A DNA stretch of 63,248 nt, filler included, from Reticulomyxa filosa (GCA_000512085.1; 21 parts of 21 records of this genome joined end to end with filler, not necessarily neighbours in it), one strand, 5' to 3'. Shown: positions 50,030 to 63,248, counted from the whole stretch's first letter. The notes: generated by a model from the letters alone, not told the origin. Numbers and translations: made by a program.

Positions 50030-50420
50030 ATATTATTACCATCATTGTTATTGCTTCGCAATGGTGAAATATCAGCACATAAAAGAATATTTTTATGATA
50101 ATGATATTGTGAAAATTTTACTCAATTTACAATGTCTTTATGATTGAATTGTCTAATTGTTTGTATTACCAACATCACATATACTAGTTGTATAATCATA
50201 TGATCAAAAATAAATGAATTGACAAATACCAAATGTTGTAAAATTAATACTACTTACAATACACTTATATTCAAAGAGCTTATTGTGTAGTTGGAATGAC
50301 AAATGATTCAATTATAATGCATATTGTATATTGTTTTATTCATTGTTATTAACTTTACTTTTATAAATTCTTGATCCAAATTCTTATTTTGATTTTTCAG
50401 TCTTATTGATTATTTTATTA
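50030..50420 (-). pseudogene. Eroded WD40-family relic
   Basis: SINFTTFGICQFIYF*SYDYT.., VKFSQYHYH, CADISPLRSNNN fragments collinear with the gene at 27598. Confidence 0.7.
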
Positions 50421-51034
50421 TGATATATATAAATCATCGACTTGATGTTCAGTATCTTCTCGATATAATACTGTCAATTATTATGATTTTGGATATTATT
50501 TTTTATTATTTTTTAAGACTTGCACTAAATAATTCTATACAAAAATAAATGAATCATGCTAGTTACAACAACTATATTATTTACAAATTGTTCACAAATA
50601 TCGCAAATAAAATATAATATTTTAACAATTTAATTTTAATATCAATATGTGTCAAATCATTAACTTAAAGAAATTATAGTCAATCTAATTTCAACACTTT
50701 TACTCATTTTCACTGATGTAGATAGATTGATATATTTTCAATATCTTGCAGTACCGTTCTATTATTGTTAGTATCATATTTGCTTATTCACATATATTTG
50801 CCCACGTGATAAGGTCACATTATTAAATCAAAAATCTTGATGCCATTTCTACATATCATGATAGTTTCATACTTGTTTATTTCCTTGATCAGATTTCGAT
50901 TTTCTTTTGTTTACATTTGATCCTGAATTGATATTTCTGCAATTTCTCGAATTTGCGATTTTGCGCACATTTCATTGTAAAAAAATTCTTAAAAAAAAAG
51001 GATAAGTAAAAGATTTTTTTGTTGAGTTAACAAA

Positions 51035-51203
51035 GAGAATTCGTTTTTGGGACATTCGATTAAACAACAATGAATTGTATTTGATAAAAGGGAATAATTG
51101 CAAACTTGTAATGATATGTCTTAAATTTCTACAATCAAAAATATCAGTAGTGTGGTATTAATCTGTGTTATGGTTTGATAGTTTAATTCATATTTGGTGA
51201 TAA
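51035..51203 (+). pseudogene. Eroded WD40-family C-terminal relic
   Basis: IRFWDIRLNNNELYLIKG..ICLKFLQ / GINLCYG / IHIW. Confidence 0.75.
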
Positions 51204-51370
51204 TATGTCTTTTCAACAGCCAAAAAATTTTTTTGAGTAACGATTTTTAATGAAAAAATCTTCTTCAACCAATCACGTGACATATTTCAGTTATTTCTCT
51301 TCTTTGACCTTTGTTTCCATTTGTATACATATTTTCTTTTTAATATAAACAAAAAAAGACTTCTTGATAG

Positions 51371-51556
51371 TGTGGGACGTCAGCTGGAAGAGGTTATACT
51401 AAATGTAATACGAAAAGGGTTTTACTCAGGAAACCAGTGTTCGGTAAAACAAAAGTGAATTAAATAAAAGAAAGATGAATGACGCAACAAAAGAAGAAAA
51501 CAAAATAAAAGAGTAAGTGAAGTTGGTTGAGGAGTTTTAGCCCACTGGGGACTCCC
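51371..51556 (+). mobile_element. LTR-like dispersed repeat, 5' part starting TGTGGG
   Basis: Homologous to 21552-21753; cut by the contig end. Confidence 0.6.
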
Positions 51557-51656
51557 NNNNNNNNNNNNNNNNNNNNNNNNNNNNNNNNNNNNNNNNNNNN
51601 TTAATTAATTAANNNNNNNNNNNNNNNNNNNNNNNNNNNNNNNNNNNNNNNNNNNN

Positions 51657-51690
<34 letters not shown>

Positions 51691-51780
51691 AAAAAAATTT
51701 GGATTTTTTTAAAATTCGTAGTGTGATCAACATGAACAACGCTAACAGCACAAAGGACAATAACAACAAGGATAACAAAA

Positions 51781-53584
51781 CTAAACCAGAGGAGGGGTCA
51801 ATAATGGCGATTGTGTGACAGAAAAGTCTCGGTTAAAATCAACAGGGATGATATTAACGAGTGGTTGTCCAGACAGGCCACTAACGATAACATTGCCAAA
51901 AGCATTTCCACCGGCATTGTTATGACTATCCACAAAATTGTTGCTATCTTCGTTTCCGACGACCATTCCATTGTCCAATTTTCGTTTCTTTCGAAATGGG
52001 CCTCCAAAAGTGTTGTCCCCTCCACTAGTGCAAGTCAGCCACGCACTTGTGTTATTATTTTGAGGGACGTAACTTAGCAAATTGGGCGGCAAAACAAACC
52101 CAATGCCGCCACTGTTGTCCGTTCCACCGAACAAAGGCAACTGCGGGGTGAGTCCCCCTGGTGTGAACGGGGACGCTCCAGGCAAACTCATTAAATGCCC
52201 AAAGTTTCCGCACGACGGGTTTCTGTTCTGCAAGCCTTGGTTCATCCCACCTCCAGTCTCTATCACGCTGGACACCACATTCAAGCTCATGTTATCCTTG
52301 CTTTTTGCTTCTTTGTCCTCATGACTTTCCGTTTCATCATCTCCCATTGGGCTTTTTTTTTTCGGCTAATCTTTGCCTTTTTTTTTTTCCACAACATGTC
52401 CACGTTCCCTCCCCCTTTTTAATTCTTTTTCAACCCACTAATAATTATCTTTTTTTTTCGCACGTTTCCAAATAACAATTGCGAAAGTCCGAGGAAACAA
52501 CTCCAATTACATATTTTTATTTTTCCAAAAAAAAAAAAAAATGCTCCTTTTTTTTTTAAAAAAAAGAAAGCTAAGTAAGTATATCCATGAACTAAAAAAA
52601 AAAATGTACTGTGTCTGGCAAAGTAGATATCAAAAATTGGGTATCAGTTTTTTTGTTTGTCATGTGTTAAAATGAAAACATACAACAAAACTATGTCTGA
52701 TAACACAGGCCGTTTGTGATCAGGATTCCATAGTTCCTCAAATCCTTTGACATACTCAGTCAAAGGTGCGATGTACAAGCTCCATGGCTTGACCCAATTG
52801 ATAGCCTCTTTTGGAAATAAATTACACGAGGAGGTGTGTTTGTGACAATGTTTGACCATAATTGAAATAATATTATCGTTCGCGTCTCTTTCAATACCAA
52901 TGCTCGCTTTGCATATTGGCTTTGGTCGGTCTCCCCAGTATTTCTCATCGAAACCTTTTCCAGTAATGCAATAGTAATATACCATGTGGTTGCCCGCTTT
53001 GTTTGTTTTCTTGCCCATCTGCTTGTATAAATATCCATCATGACAAATGCAAGGATGTCTTATCGGTTTGCCAAGGTTTACATTCCAAAGTTGGAACCGA
53101 TGTTTGTTTTCCATTATCTCTTGACCTTTTTTTTTTTTTTTTTTTGCACCTTTTTTTTTCTTTCCCTTTTTTTTTTCCCCCTTTTTTTTTCTCACTCAAA
53201 ATGATTACCTCCTGCATAGACCTCCGTGTATACACGGAAATCTTGTGAAGACGTGCCATCTTGAGACAAAAATGGTGCCACCTCACTTGGGCCCCTGTTC
53301 GTCTCTGATGAATTACCAATCGTAGAGCCGAAGTTCTCCTCTTGATGACACAAGTCACTGCTAAAGGATGAAAATCCTGTTGAAGTGCGCCCGGTTGTCA
53401 ATGTTCTTGAAGACACTGGTGGGGATCTGTTTTTTAAGCTTGAACTTGGCGAAACTGTTGCTCGTGCTACTGAACTATCAGGAATAGGGTTGGGAATAAA
53501 ATTGTTCGGACGGATAACATTAGGAACTAATACTGCACTTGGAGGGAAAAAGTTATCTGATTTCACATTAGACGAAACATCCAT
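51781..53584 (-). CDS. Putative transcription factor with WRKY/GCM1/FLYWCH-type zinc finger, multi-exon
   Basis: HDGYLYKQMGKK..YYYC-x18-C-x22-HKH at 52836-53042; S/P-rich N-terminus; G/P/N-rich C-terminus with RKKRK NLS-like motif. Confidence 0.65.
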
Positions 53585-54200
53585 TTTTTTTTTTTTGGGT
53601 AGATTTTTTAAAATAATAATTTTTAACAGCCTAAGCTGAGCTACAAGTTTTTCTTCTCCCCTTCTCAGATTTGGCATCTCTGTTTCTCTTGTGGATTTTC
53701 TCATAGTACTGTAAACCACTTTGTTCTATTATACGATTTTAATTATGCTTTTGCACGGATAAAACTTTAGAAAAGTGTCACCCCTACACTACGACAAATA
53801 AAAATCACTCCGTATTGTCCCTGATAATTTTAATAATTGTTTGCCAAAGGGAACATCAAAAAATATATTAATAGGATTCAAATTTTAGAAAATTATCTAA
53901 TAAACTAAGTTATGCCCTAATATGCAAGAAAAAATTAGAAAAATAAAATTGTGAATAATTTCGTGTCAATTTAATCTCTTTCGCACATTAACAGATGGAT
54001 CGCCATGCAACTTTTTTGTTATAATATTTCGACATTGAACAAAGTTGAAGTAGTAAATAGTTTGTTTCTTTTTTACATTTTGTGTTCTAGCTAAGTTAAG
54101 AATTTTTTAATGTAATCTTTACAACAAACAATTGAATATTATTAGATTGACCTGGAAAATATCAAGTTTTTGGTTTTAGAAGATATAGATAAATGCCACT

Positions 54201-55656
54201 ATGCAACTCAGAAGTTATCAATGTCGTGACGCCAAAGTAAATGAAAACTTAGCAATAATAATTTTGTGTTCACTCAACTTAGTAAGCCAATTTTTCCAAG
54301 TCATTTTCTCAGATCAAATGGAGTGGAAGCATTTTGTTGAGGATTTTAAACTATGGTTAGTTTATATCGTAATATTGCTTAGCATTATAACCTGCATGCA
54401 TTCTCTTTGGTCCTCACGATACTATGTGGTAATATTATTTTTTTATTTTTCTATTGTTTATACTTTTTTTTGTGGAAAAACTATTTTCGTCATAAAAATT
54501 TTTGATATCCTCACTAACTTTTCCAAATCCTTTGTCAAAGGCTATGAAGACACAGGCCTGAAACAAAACAAGTGCCTATTTTGACACGAGAATGTAAAAT
54601 TATTTTTCTTCTCTTTTGGGGGACGGGTACAGAGATCTTTAGTCCACGTTGGAAAAAAAGCTAGCGATATTAATCTTGATAAATTAAGTTTTATTGGCAT
54701 TTTCAGTTATTTAGTCATTATTTCAATAATCCAATGGTTGACAAGCAGCAACTGTTCCTATGAATATGCGAAGACTTTATTACCAAAAATAGGTATATCC
54801 GAAAAGCAGTTTGAAGGTGTTAATTTGCAAATGACAAATTCTGTCTGTCTGTGGATCGAGCTATTGCTATGTAGTTTAGTGAATGTCTCGATAGTAATTC
54901 GAAAATGGCTGTGTATTTTGCATGTTCGAACATCGTTTATACAACAGCACCTGAGCATAGTAACATTTTCATTATTTTCATTGTTATTGTATCATTTATT
55001 ACTCATTGTAATCACTTACAACTCGCGAATTTCTATTCTCTTTGGTTGTGTGGTTGTAATACTGATGTTTGGACACGTATGGCAGATATTTTATGCCGCA
55101 GTCAATGCAACAAAAGTACATATGAGATGTTTCCTTAACACCAACACAACTGTGTTTGTGTCACTTAATTGTGGATTTTCGATTGGATGGGCTTTACTTT
55201 CAGTTAATGTACCTCTTTTTTTAAAAAAAGGGTCTTTTGCTCTCAAACATGCACACAAAAAAAAAGATTATTCAAATTATTTTGGATTTGATGTTTCCTG
55301 CCTTTTACCAAAGTTGGAGACTTGTAATTCGATTCTTCGTTCATGTGTTTAACATTACCACGATAAATTTGTTTTTGTGCGTGTTTTCATTATCATATCG
55401 ATGGAATAATGTTATTTTGTGTGTTACTCCAAATACACAACTTTCAACACTTGGAGATGAAGATAACGAATCATTTAAGATAAAACGTTCTTCTAGTTTG
55501 GATGGCCGCCTGCCAAACAATAAAGGTCAAACTCAGGGTGAAAGGGAAGCGCTACAAAACACGTCTGGTAAATACCACAAAAATATAATTAGACAGCCTA
55601 GCATTAACAACAGTTTTGACGAATTGACGTTTGACACTACCATTGACTTGATTTAA
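54201..55656 (+). CDS. Multi-pass membrane protein (possibly disrupted)
   Basis: Successive hydrophobic ORFs and a polar C-terminal tail; family unrecognised. Confidence 0.45.
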
Positions 55657-57639
55657 ACAATTGTTGACATCCATTTTTTTTCAATACTAATTTACATTGT
55701 TCAGTTCTATTTGTAGTTTAAGGAAAAAATTTTTGTTAATAGTGTTGACTTGAAGTTAAGTTTAAGCTATTTTATTTATTCTATTTCGATTTTATGCTTT
55801 AACTGGATAAAACTATGAATTTAATCAAAAGTTTATAATACCTTTGCAATCGATTCTCTACGTATGTGTCTTGTTTATCCAACTCTGGTTTTTTTCATTT
55901 TGTGGTTATGGTTTACAATTTTTTTGGAAAGTATTCAGCTGTTCCTAAACACGGCCAAAGCTTTCAAATACAAAGAGGAGATCAACACTGTTATCATCCA
56001 TCCAGAAATATTGACTCCAAAGCCCAAAAGGCCGGCAAGAATAAACGGATACCAATACTGCAACACAATGGCCGCATTTTTGGTTGTCCACTCTTCAAGC
56101 AATGATGAAATAGTGTAGTTTTTAAACATAATTTTGAATTTAGTTTTTTATTTAATCTTTCCAAATTGTTCAAAAAATTTGAACATTTTATTGATTTTTG
56201 AAAATTTTCGAGAAAAGTTGACAATCGTGACTGTGTCGTAACTATGAAACTTGCCAACTTTTTTAAAGCATTTTCAGAAATTGATAAATGATTAGTTATT
56301 TTTTAAAAATTAGTTTTCTAAGTTGCGTAGTTTTTGAGAAAACTCAATTTTTTGTTATCAAACATTTTTTTTGCAGAATTTAATGCTATTTTCAAAGTTT
56401 GTGCATGTAAATGTATTCTGGTTTTTTAACATTATTTGATTTGTCTTCACTAATCATTGGATTTTTTGCTTTTTTGGTATAATGCCAAAAGTCAAGTTAA
56501 TTCAAACGCATAATACTGAAAATTTTTTTTGTTGTAAGATTTTTTTTAGTGAAAGTTACTATTTTGTTAAATCACCTTTTGCATTGTATAATGCTTGTAT
56601 TCGCTCTAGGATTGATTTTATTAAATTTGTGCATATTTATTTGTCAATTTTTTACAATTCTAATTTAAATTATTTATATAAATACAGTAGGTTGCAAAAA
56701 AACTGAACACCNNNNNNNNNNNNNNNNNNNNNNNNNNNNNNNNNNNNNNNNNNNNTTAATTAATTAANNNNNNNNNNNNNNNNNNNNNNNNNNNNNNNNN
56801 NNNNNNNNNNNTATTTAATGGACATTCAAGTTATATATATTGTGTAAAATTTTCATCTTTAAATCTAATATCATCTTCAACCATGCCATAATGCTCATCA
56901 TACAAATCTTTTGAAGACTGAGGAGGCTATGCAAATGTCTTTGCTAATAGATATGCTTTATCAGAATCTGAACTGCCACTGAATTTGTCTCCTTGTTCAC
57001 AAATGCTAGAATAATGCATATTTTATTGATATTCAATGTCTTGAATTGTGTGAATAATTTCATATTCACTTTATGCAGCGAATTAATGCTGTTTACCATA
57101 TATTGACACTTTTTCAATTGTAATTTTATTCGCAATTGGCAGCTATCTTGTACAGCATTAAATTATTGGTGTTCTTTTAGATGGGTTGCAGTGGGGACGT
57201 GTCAAGTGTTGGACTACTATCTCACTTCATCATCAACTAGCACTGTTAAAAGAGCAACTCGTTCCAAGAAATAGAACAGTACTCAAAAAAGAACACACAA
57301 AAAAAAGAAAGACACACAAAATCTTACAATGACCAAAAATAATCAAAAGAAAAACAATAAAGTTATTTCAATTTAAATTTAGATTTATCAGAAAATTCTC
57401 GATACAATAGTGGAATCTGAACTTTGGATGTTAATCACGAACTCGCAATAAGTTAAAATAATCAAACTTCCACAATAGGATATGTAATGATCACTAGCAT
57501 ATTCTAATGCAAGTATCATGCTCCAATGTTTATTTTAATGCATTTGATCGGACATTCCAAATCTTGTATGCAATACAAGATTATGACCATTGACAATCTG
57601 ATACACTTGTGATAAAACTTAACTTCTTATTGTCTTAGT

Positions 57640-57811
57640 CATAATTCAAGATGAGGAAGTTGGAAATAGCATTGACTGTGTCATAAGCAGTCTGGATTGG
57701 GATCCTGCTTGTCATTCAACCTTGTGATGATTATTTAAATCAATTTACCGCACTTAATAACAATACGATCTCTATAATGCTTGGGAATATGCACAATATT
57801 TGCCTCCTTCC
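57640..57811 (-). mobile_element. LINE RT relic
   Basis: KEANIVHIPKHYRD / LLLSAV / QAGSQS fragments of the RT N-terminal motifs. Confidence 0.55.
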
Positions 57812-57911
57812 NNNNNNNNNNNNNNNNNNNNNNNNNNNNNNNNNNNNNNNNNNNNTTAATTAATTAANNNNNNNNNNNNNNNNNNNNNNNNNNNNNNNNN
57901 NNNNNNNNNNN

Positions 57912-57946
57912 TTGGCATTGGCATTGGCATTGGCATTGGCATTGGC
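57912..57946. repeat. (TTGGCA)n hexamer repeat at contig start
   Basis: Seen directly; encodes (NA)n on the minus strand. Confidence 0.9.
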
Positions 57947-59752
57947 GTTGTTCTTTTCCACCTTGTTCGATGTGTCAATTGAGGTGGAGCGTTCGACTTT
58001 TATTTCATATTTTATTGTTGCTTTGTAGTGTTTTTTATTTCTTCGCTCTTTTTCAAAGAGGGTATGAGAGACAGTCAAACAACAACTCTAACACTGATAC
58101 GTGCCAAGCTTTTTTTTTTTGTCGTGATTATGCTCCAAAGACACAAAACTGACAGAATGGGATTTCGTAAAGTCCTGAATACCATCCAGTGCACTGGAAC
58201 TCTGGTCTTGGCCCTCCATGATCGACACAGAATCACCTGTGGGCATTGTGTCTGACACACTGGCATTCGACGCAGTTGGACTCAAAGCTAATTTTGTTCT
58301 TTATTTTTATTTTTATTTTTATTTTTATTATTATTATTATTATTATTGTTTATAACTTGCGTTTATTTTGAAAAATAACCATATATACATTATATATGTA
58401 TATGTATATGTACATATGTACATAGTTTGTTAAACCCCCAACCGTGACACTTTGCTGGCATTGGTGACTTCCAAGTTTGCGATAGAGTTTCTCGTCGCAA
58501 CTTGCAAAGGATCAATCATTTCTTCGTTTGGCTTGGTCTCATTGGCGGATTTGCTCTTTTTGGAACGATGTTTTTTCGAAGGGTCTTTGCTCGTTCGCTG
58601 CTTTTTAGGAGTCAGTTTCGTCGGTTCTGATGGAGGTTGTGGCGAAGGTGGTCTTTCCGGTGGCACTGCGCCACACATATCGCAAACGGGTGTATTCAAT
58701 GAATTCTGGGCATATGAGCAAGTGCCACAAGCCCATGAATCCGTCTTTTTAAAGTTATATTCATTTTTTTTTTTTTTTGGTACAAATATTTAATATACCC
58801 ATGGAAAGGTGGGGGGGGAGCAAGGATTTAAACTTTTAAGTTTAAACAATATAAGACATGTTTACCTAACATATTACGTATACATATATATGTATATGTA
58901 TGTATAAGCAATGCGTATTACCTGAGTGGGCGGCTGCGCATCCTTTTGTGATTTTGCGGTATCGCCATGTTGGGATGATGTCTATTGAGCCATACTGTCA
59001 CAGCAACATTCAAAATATTTTGGAGAAACACACACACACGCACGCACGCACATATAAAACATACACAAGTACATAAATGCATAAATACAAACATAAACAC
59101 ACAAATCGAAACAAAAATAAAAAAAATAAAAATGGAAAAAAAGAATTGTGAACGAAATAACACACGTTGGGTTGATTTGGTCGAGTGGACTGTCCGGTCA
59201 AAGGGGTAGATGGTGTTTCACTGTTGGTGTTGTACTTATTTGGTAAGGACACATTTGGCTCGGGCGAAGAGTCTATCGAGTTTTGATCATTTTCATCATC
59301 GGCTTTGTTTGTCCCCGTCTCTTTCGCATTGGACTTGGTACCACTCTCTTGAGTCATTCCTTCGTCCGCATCCGCATTATTTTCATTGATCGAGCTCTGC
59401 GCAGATATGTCCTCGTTTTTCTGATCAGTGCATCAAGTCCCAATAAGCATCAAATTTACATATATACAAGTATAATTTGTCCACGATTGTAATGTATTAT
59501 TCAAACAATGCAAAAGAATTAGTACAAAGTTACCATCGTCAGGACAAGTTTGCTCGTTCCACACACATCACACGTGGTGGTGCGAAGAGGATTGCTATAA
59601 GTGCACAATGGACAAGACCAATGTTGGTTGATAGAGGGCTCTTTACGAAGGTTCAGAGGGTCTCCTTTGTCCAGCAATTTCGATGTCTTCAATTCGATGC
59701 TACCCCGCTTCTTCACTTCAGTCACGGCCACAGACATCTTTTTTTTTTTTTT
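57912..59752 (-). CDS. RanBP2-type (NZF) zinc-finger protein, internal exons
   Basis: WSCPLCTYSNPLRTTTCDVCG and WACGTCSYAQNSLNTPVCDMCG (W-x-C-x2-C..N..C-x2-C). Confidence 0.85.
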
Positions 59753-59852
59753 NNNNNNNNNNNNNNNNNNNNNNNNNNNNNNNNNNNNNNNNNNNNTTAA
59801 TTAATTAANNNNNNNNNNNNNNNNNNNNNNNNNNNNNNNNNNNNNNNNNNNN

Positions 59853-60099
59853 TTCACATGCCATCCATCCAATTTGCGCATTCTTTGCACATATCTCTGT
59901 TACAACGCAAAAAAAAAAAAAAAGGGTAGATTATATAATATTTATTTTTAAACAAAAAAAAGTTAAACTCAATTCTTTCTCTCCATTCCATTAAATGTTC
60001 CAAAGTCACTCCATTTTTGTGTATCGCCTTTGCAACAGCAACTGCATTGGCCACATTATGCTTGCTTAGAAAATCTTTCAGCTTCAAAAAACTTTGCAT
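59853..60099 (-). CDS. Hypothetical protein N-terminus (SAM-like helical pattern)
   Basis: LKDFLSKHNV..AKAIHKNGVTLEHL; weak resemblance only. Confidence 0.3.
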
Positions 60100-60967
60100 T
60101 TTTTTGTTGCTATTGTGTATAGATAATAACCTTATGAATTAAAGTACTTTAACTCCGTAGTTTCTGGTGTTGATTTTGTGAGGACATCAGACCCTTCATC
60201 TAAAAAATAAACAGATGTGTATTTGCCAATGATCGTCACTAACGGAAATTAAACCTAACCTAAGGAGAAAGCACAAGGAATTATGACGACACATAGCAAC
60301 AGCCAAAAGATCGAGAAATTTGCCACTGCTGTGTTTACCAACATCATTTCTTTTTATATTATTAAAAAAATTTTTAGTCTTTTTTTCTGTAAGGAGTAAC
60401 TAAACGTGTTCTATCAATTTCTTGAAACACTAGTCATGTAATTTGCATTCTTTTTTTAACATTTGATATATCAATACTGACAAGCAATGCCATCAGTTTT
60501 GTTGGCAAGTGTATATCTCAATTTTTTCTTTTTTATTGTGCAATTAGACCCAGCTCTTTTCTTTTATTAATTTCATTTAGAGTTTTCATCGTTCTTTATA
60601 AATTCGAAAGTATGTCCAGACGTCTATAGCAAATAATTCATTTCGTTTCTCAAATTTTTTTTGAAAGTTACAGAACTGAAAAAGTGCACAACTTTGGAGT
60701 GAAAAGAAGAGTGAGATTGTTGTTTGAGTCATGATCGCGATATAACACCAATTGTCAACGAGTTACTTTGATTTTGCTACAAACACCCTCAAGCAAATAA
60801 ACAACTTTACACAAAAGCACACCACAAAAGTTTGCAATATTTGCTAGCATCACACACGCACAAAAAGAAAAAAAGCAATTGCAAAAAAAGAAAAGAAAAC
60901 AAACAAAACAAAACAAAATAAAAGAGAAAGATAAACAATCGATGAAAACAGAAAAAAAGTATAATTA

Positions 60968-61853
60968 TTATTGAAGATTGCCGAGTTGAGACGGCATTTG
61001 AGAGTGTCGTTTTTCTCCTTCGTTATCATTGAACTCAGGACCAATGGAGAGGGAAGTCATGGTCGCAAGATGTTCAGTGAAAGCGGGGGGTTCGCCTGCA
61101 GTCACCCCTTCCGCCTCATTCATCATGCTGCGTGTCACGGAGGGTTCATTGGGTTCCCCATATTTGCCCATTGTCGTCGGCGGCGCGCCAGGCGCTCCAG
61201 GCGTGACCGACATCATAGCGTCCCCAACTTGGAACAGCACCGATGCCATTTCGGCCTCATCACGAGAGGGATTTTTGGGCGCCAAAATGTCGAGCGCTTT
61301 GCCAATATCCCCTCCCGGAGTGATCATATCTTCCCCTAGCATCATCATGCTTTCCATTCTTTCTGCCTCTTTTTCGCTCTCCGGGGACCCTGGCTTTTTG
61401 CCTCGGAAAGACAAGGTTCGTTTGTTTTTCTTGTGTCTCGACGACAAGTGTTGATCTGACTGGTCGTCATCGGGGTTAGGTGCGGGCAGACCGTTCATTT
61501 CAATCACTTGCAGCTCGTCTTCTTTGCTTTCCTTTGCTTCTGCCGCCTTGTCTGTGTCCGACGTATTCGTATTTCCACTTTGCATGCTCTTGATCTTTTG
61601 CGCCATTACTTCAAATTCGCTACTGAAAATTTTTTTCGGGTCTTCCACCAACTCTCGTCGCATTGCTGGCAATGCTTGCATTACAAAGAACACTGTTTCA
61701 ATGCGACCCGCTTCTTCTTGACTTATGTCATCTGTTATCTTCAGGTTCTCGCACGCTTTTTTCGCCCACATGCCAATGTTCATCTTTGCCAATACTATCA
61801 TTTCATCGCTTAAGCCTGTTCACAAACAAAACAAAAACATCGTTTTCATTCTC

Positions 61854-61897
<44 letters not shown>

Positions 61898-61984
61898 AAA
61901 TGCAAACAATGTCTAAACTTGTACTCGTTTGTTCCAAGTCCTTTTGGTGCTGTAAAAGAAAATCATTCAAACGTGAATCACATT
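60968..61984 (-). CDS. Hypothetical protein, 3' exons
   Basis: 277-aa terminal exon with disordered TPG-containing tail. Confidence 0.6.
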
Positions 61985-62084
61985 NNNNNNNNNNNNNNNN
62001 NNNNNNNNNNNNNNNNNNNNNNNNNNNNTTAATTAATTAANNNNNNNNNNNNNNNNNNNNNNNNNNNNNNNNNNNNNNNNNNNN

Positions 62085-63200
62085 AAACAAAACAAAACAA
62101 AACAAAACAAAGTATGAATTGATTATGCAAAACCTTTTCTTCGTCTGTAAGAAAGTTAATTTGATCCAAGATTTGCGTTTCTACTTTTTTCCATTCTCCT
62201 TCTTCGTCAATGGTGACTTCGGTGGAGGTGGATTGGCCATTGGTAAGGGTGACGTCCTCGCCCGTTTTGGCCAGCTCTCTTCGTAGGTGCACCAGCATGG
62301 CTTGCTCTTCTTGCAGCTTTTCTTTGAGCTGCTGCTTTTTGATGGCCATGTCCACGATAAACTTTTGCTTGGCTTTGGCTATTTCCACGCGCCTTTTTTC
62401 ATTCGCATCAAAGTCCTTTTGCTCCAATTCGTGAATACGCGCTATGTCCACAAACTGGAAGCTGTGCAATGGCGTAGGCTTCCACTTGCGCATTTCCAGT
62501 TTCTTCGCGTTCCAGTCCACGTTCCGATCCGCTGTGCTCGGCTTCAACACTTTCGAAAAGTAGCTGTTGTCGCTGTAACTTACTGTCTTGCGAAGGCGAG
62601 GTCCTCGAGGAATCACCAAATATGATTGCAATTGATTTATTTTTTGATTATTTTTATCCTAATTATATATGTATATATATATATATGTATATATATATAT
62701 GTTTATATTTGTATTTATATGATATGTGTTTACAAATGTTCATTGCTTAAAAACTCGAAAGTCGGTGCCTTCAAACGTTTGGAAATCAAATTCATCACTA
62801 CCATCCATTCGAAATTCTATGGCGTTGTTGCCAAAGGTTTTCGTCAATGACGTCTTCATACTTTCAAACTTTTCGGTTCCAACTTGAATTATTGCATCCT
62901 ATTTGCCATGTGAGTACATATATGTTATACGTATATATGTATTTATTAAATATACAAAAAAAAAAAAAAAAAAAAGTTACGAAACAATGTCTTCGTCTTT
63001 AATGGTGCTGGCAGAAGAGTGCAAAACGTACTCTGCGCCGAACGTAACCATCGACTTCAGTTGTTCCACAGATATGGAGTCATTTTTGTTGATTATCTGG
63101 CCTTTTTTCACTACCAATGCGTCCAAGAACAGCTTCCTCAGAGACCGGTCCAATATGCGTTCTTCGATCGTGCTCTGTCCGTATCATCCAAACCAACGTC
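62085..63200 (-). CDS. ISWI: ISWI/SNF2H chromatin remodeller, internal exons (post-helicase linker and HAND domain)
   Basis: TIEERILDRSLRKLFLDALVVKKG..LKSMVTFGA, FEGTDFR, PRLRKTVSYSDNSYF, LHSFQF..RIHELEQK, LTDEEK. Confidence 0.85.
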
Positions 63201-63248
63201 AATTTTTTTTTTTTCCAATAAAAAAAAAAAAAAAAATAGACAAAACTT

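Noticed and set aside
1-63248. Gene-neighbourhood arguments across spacers (e.g. CRE element with POT1, bacterial genes with host genes)
   Set aside because: Contigs are concatenated arbitrarily, so adjacency carries no information.

Overview
This window is not one locus. It is 21 short unlinked contigs joined by 20 identical artificial 100-bp spacers (N44-TTAATTAATTAA-N44). Twenty contigs are AT-rich, intron-containing eukaryotic DNA. Their WD40 and Kelch-like families, heavy pseudogene load and homopolymer-rich introns resemble the foraminiferan Reticulomyxa filosa (inferred from memory of family motifs, not from a search). One contig (45200-47097) is high-GC bacterial DNA carrying two ABC substrate-binding paralogs and an EF-hand gene. 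Recognisable genes are NDUFV1, PPWD1, ISWI, a POT1-like OB-fold protein, a type I DnaJ, a mitochondrial carrier, an SLC35F-like transporter, a SERBP1/HABP4-like protein, PH-domain and RanBP2-zinc-finger proteins, and an hslU pseudogene. Mobile DNA includes a decayed CRE-clade RLE retrotransposon, two LINE RT relics and a TG...CA LTR-like repeat. Three observations stand out. (1) A ~4.1-kb palindrome has a 256-bp centre carrying the DnaJ start codon and J-domain. It is bounded by perfect 57-bp inverted repeats and could be joined in frame to either a long CaaX-bearing tail or a short CaaX-less tail. (2) One ~30-aa helical module is N-terminal on a WD40 protein and C-terminal on a Kelch-like protein, making it a candidate adaptor box. 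(3) A divergent WRKY/GCM1-type zinc-finger protein is present.
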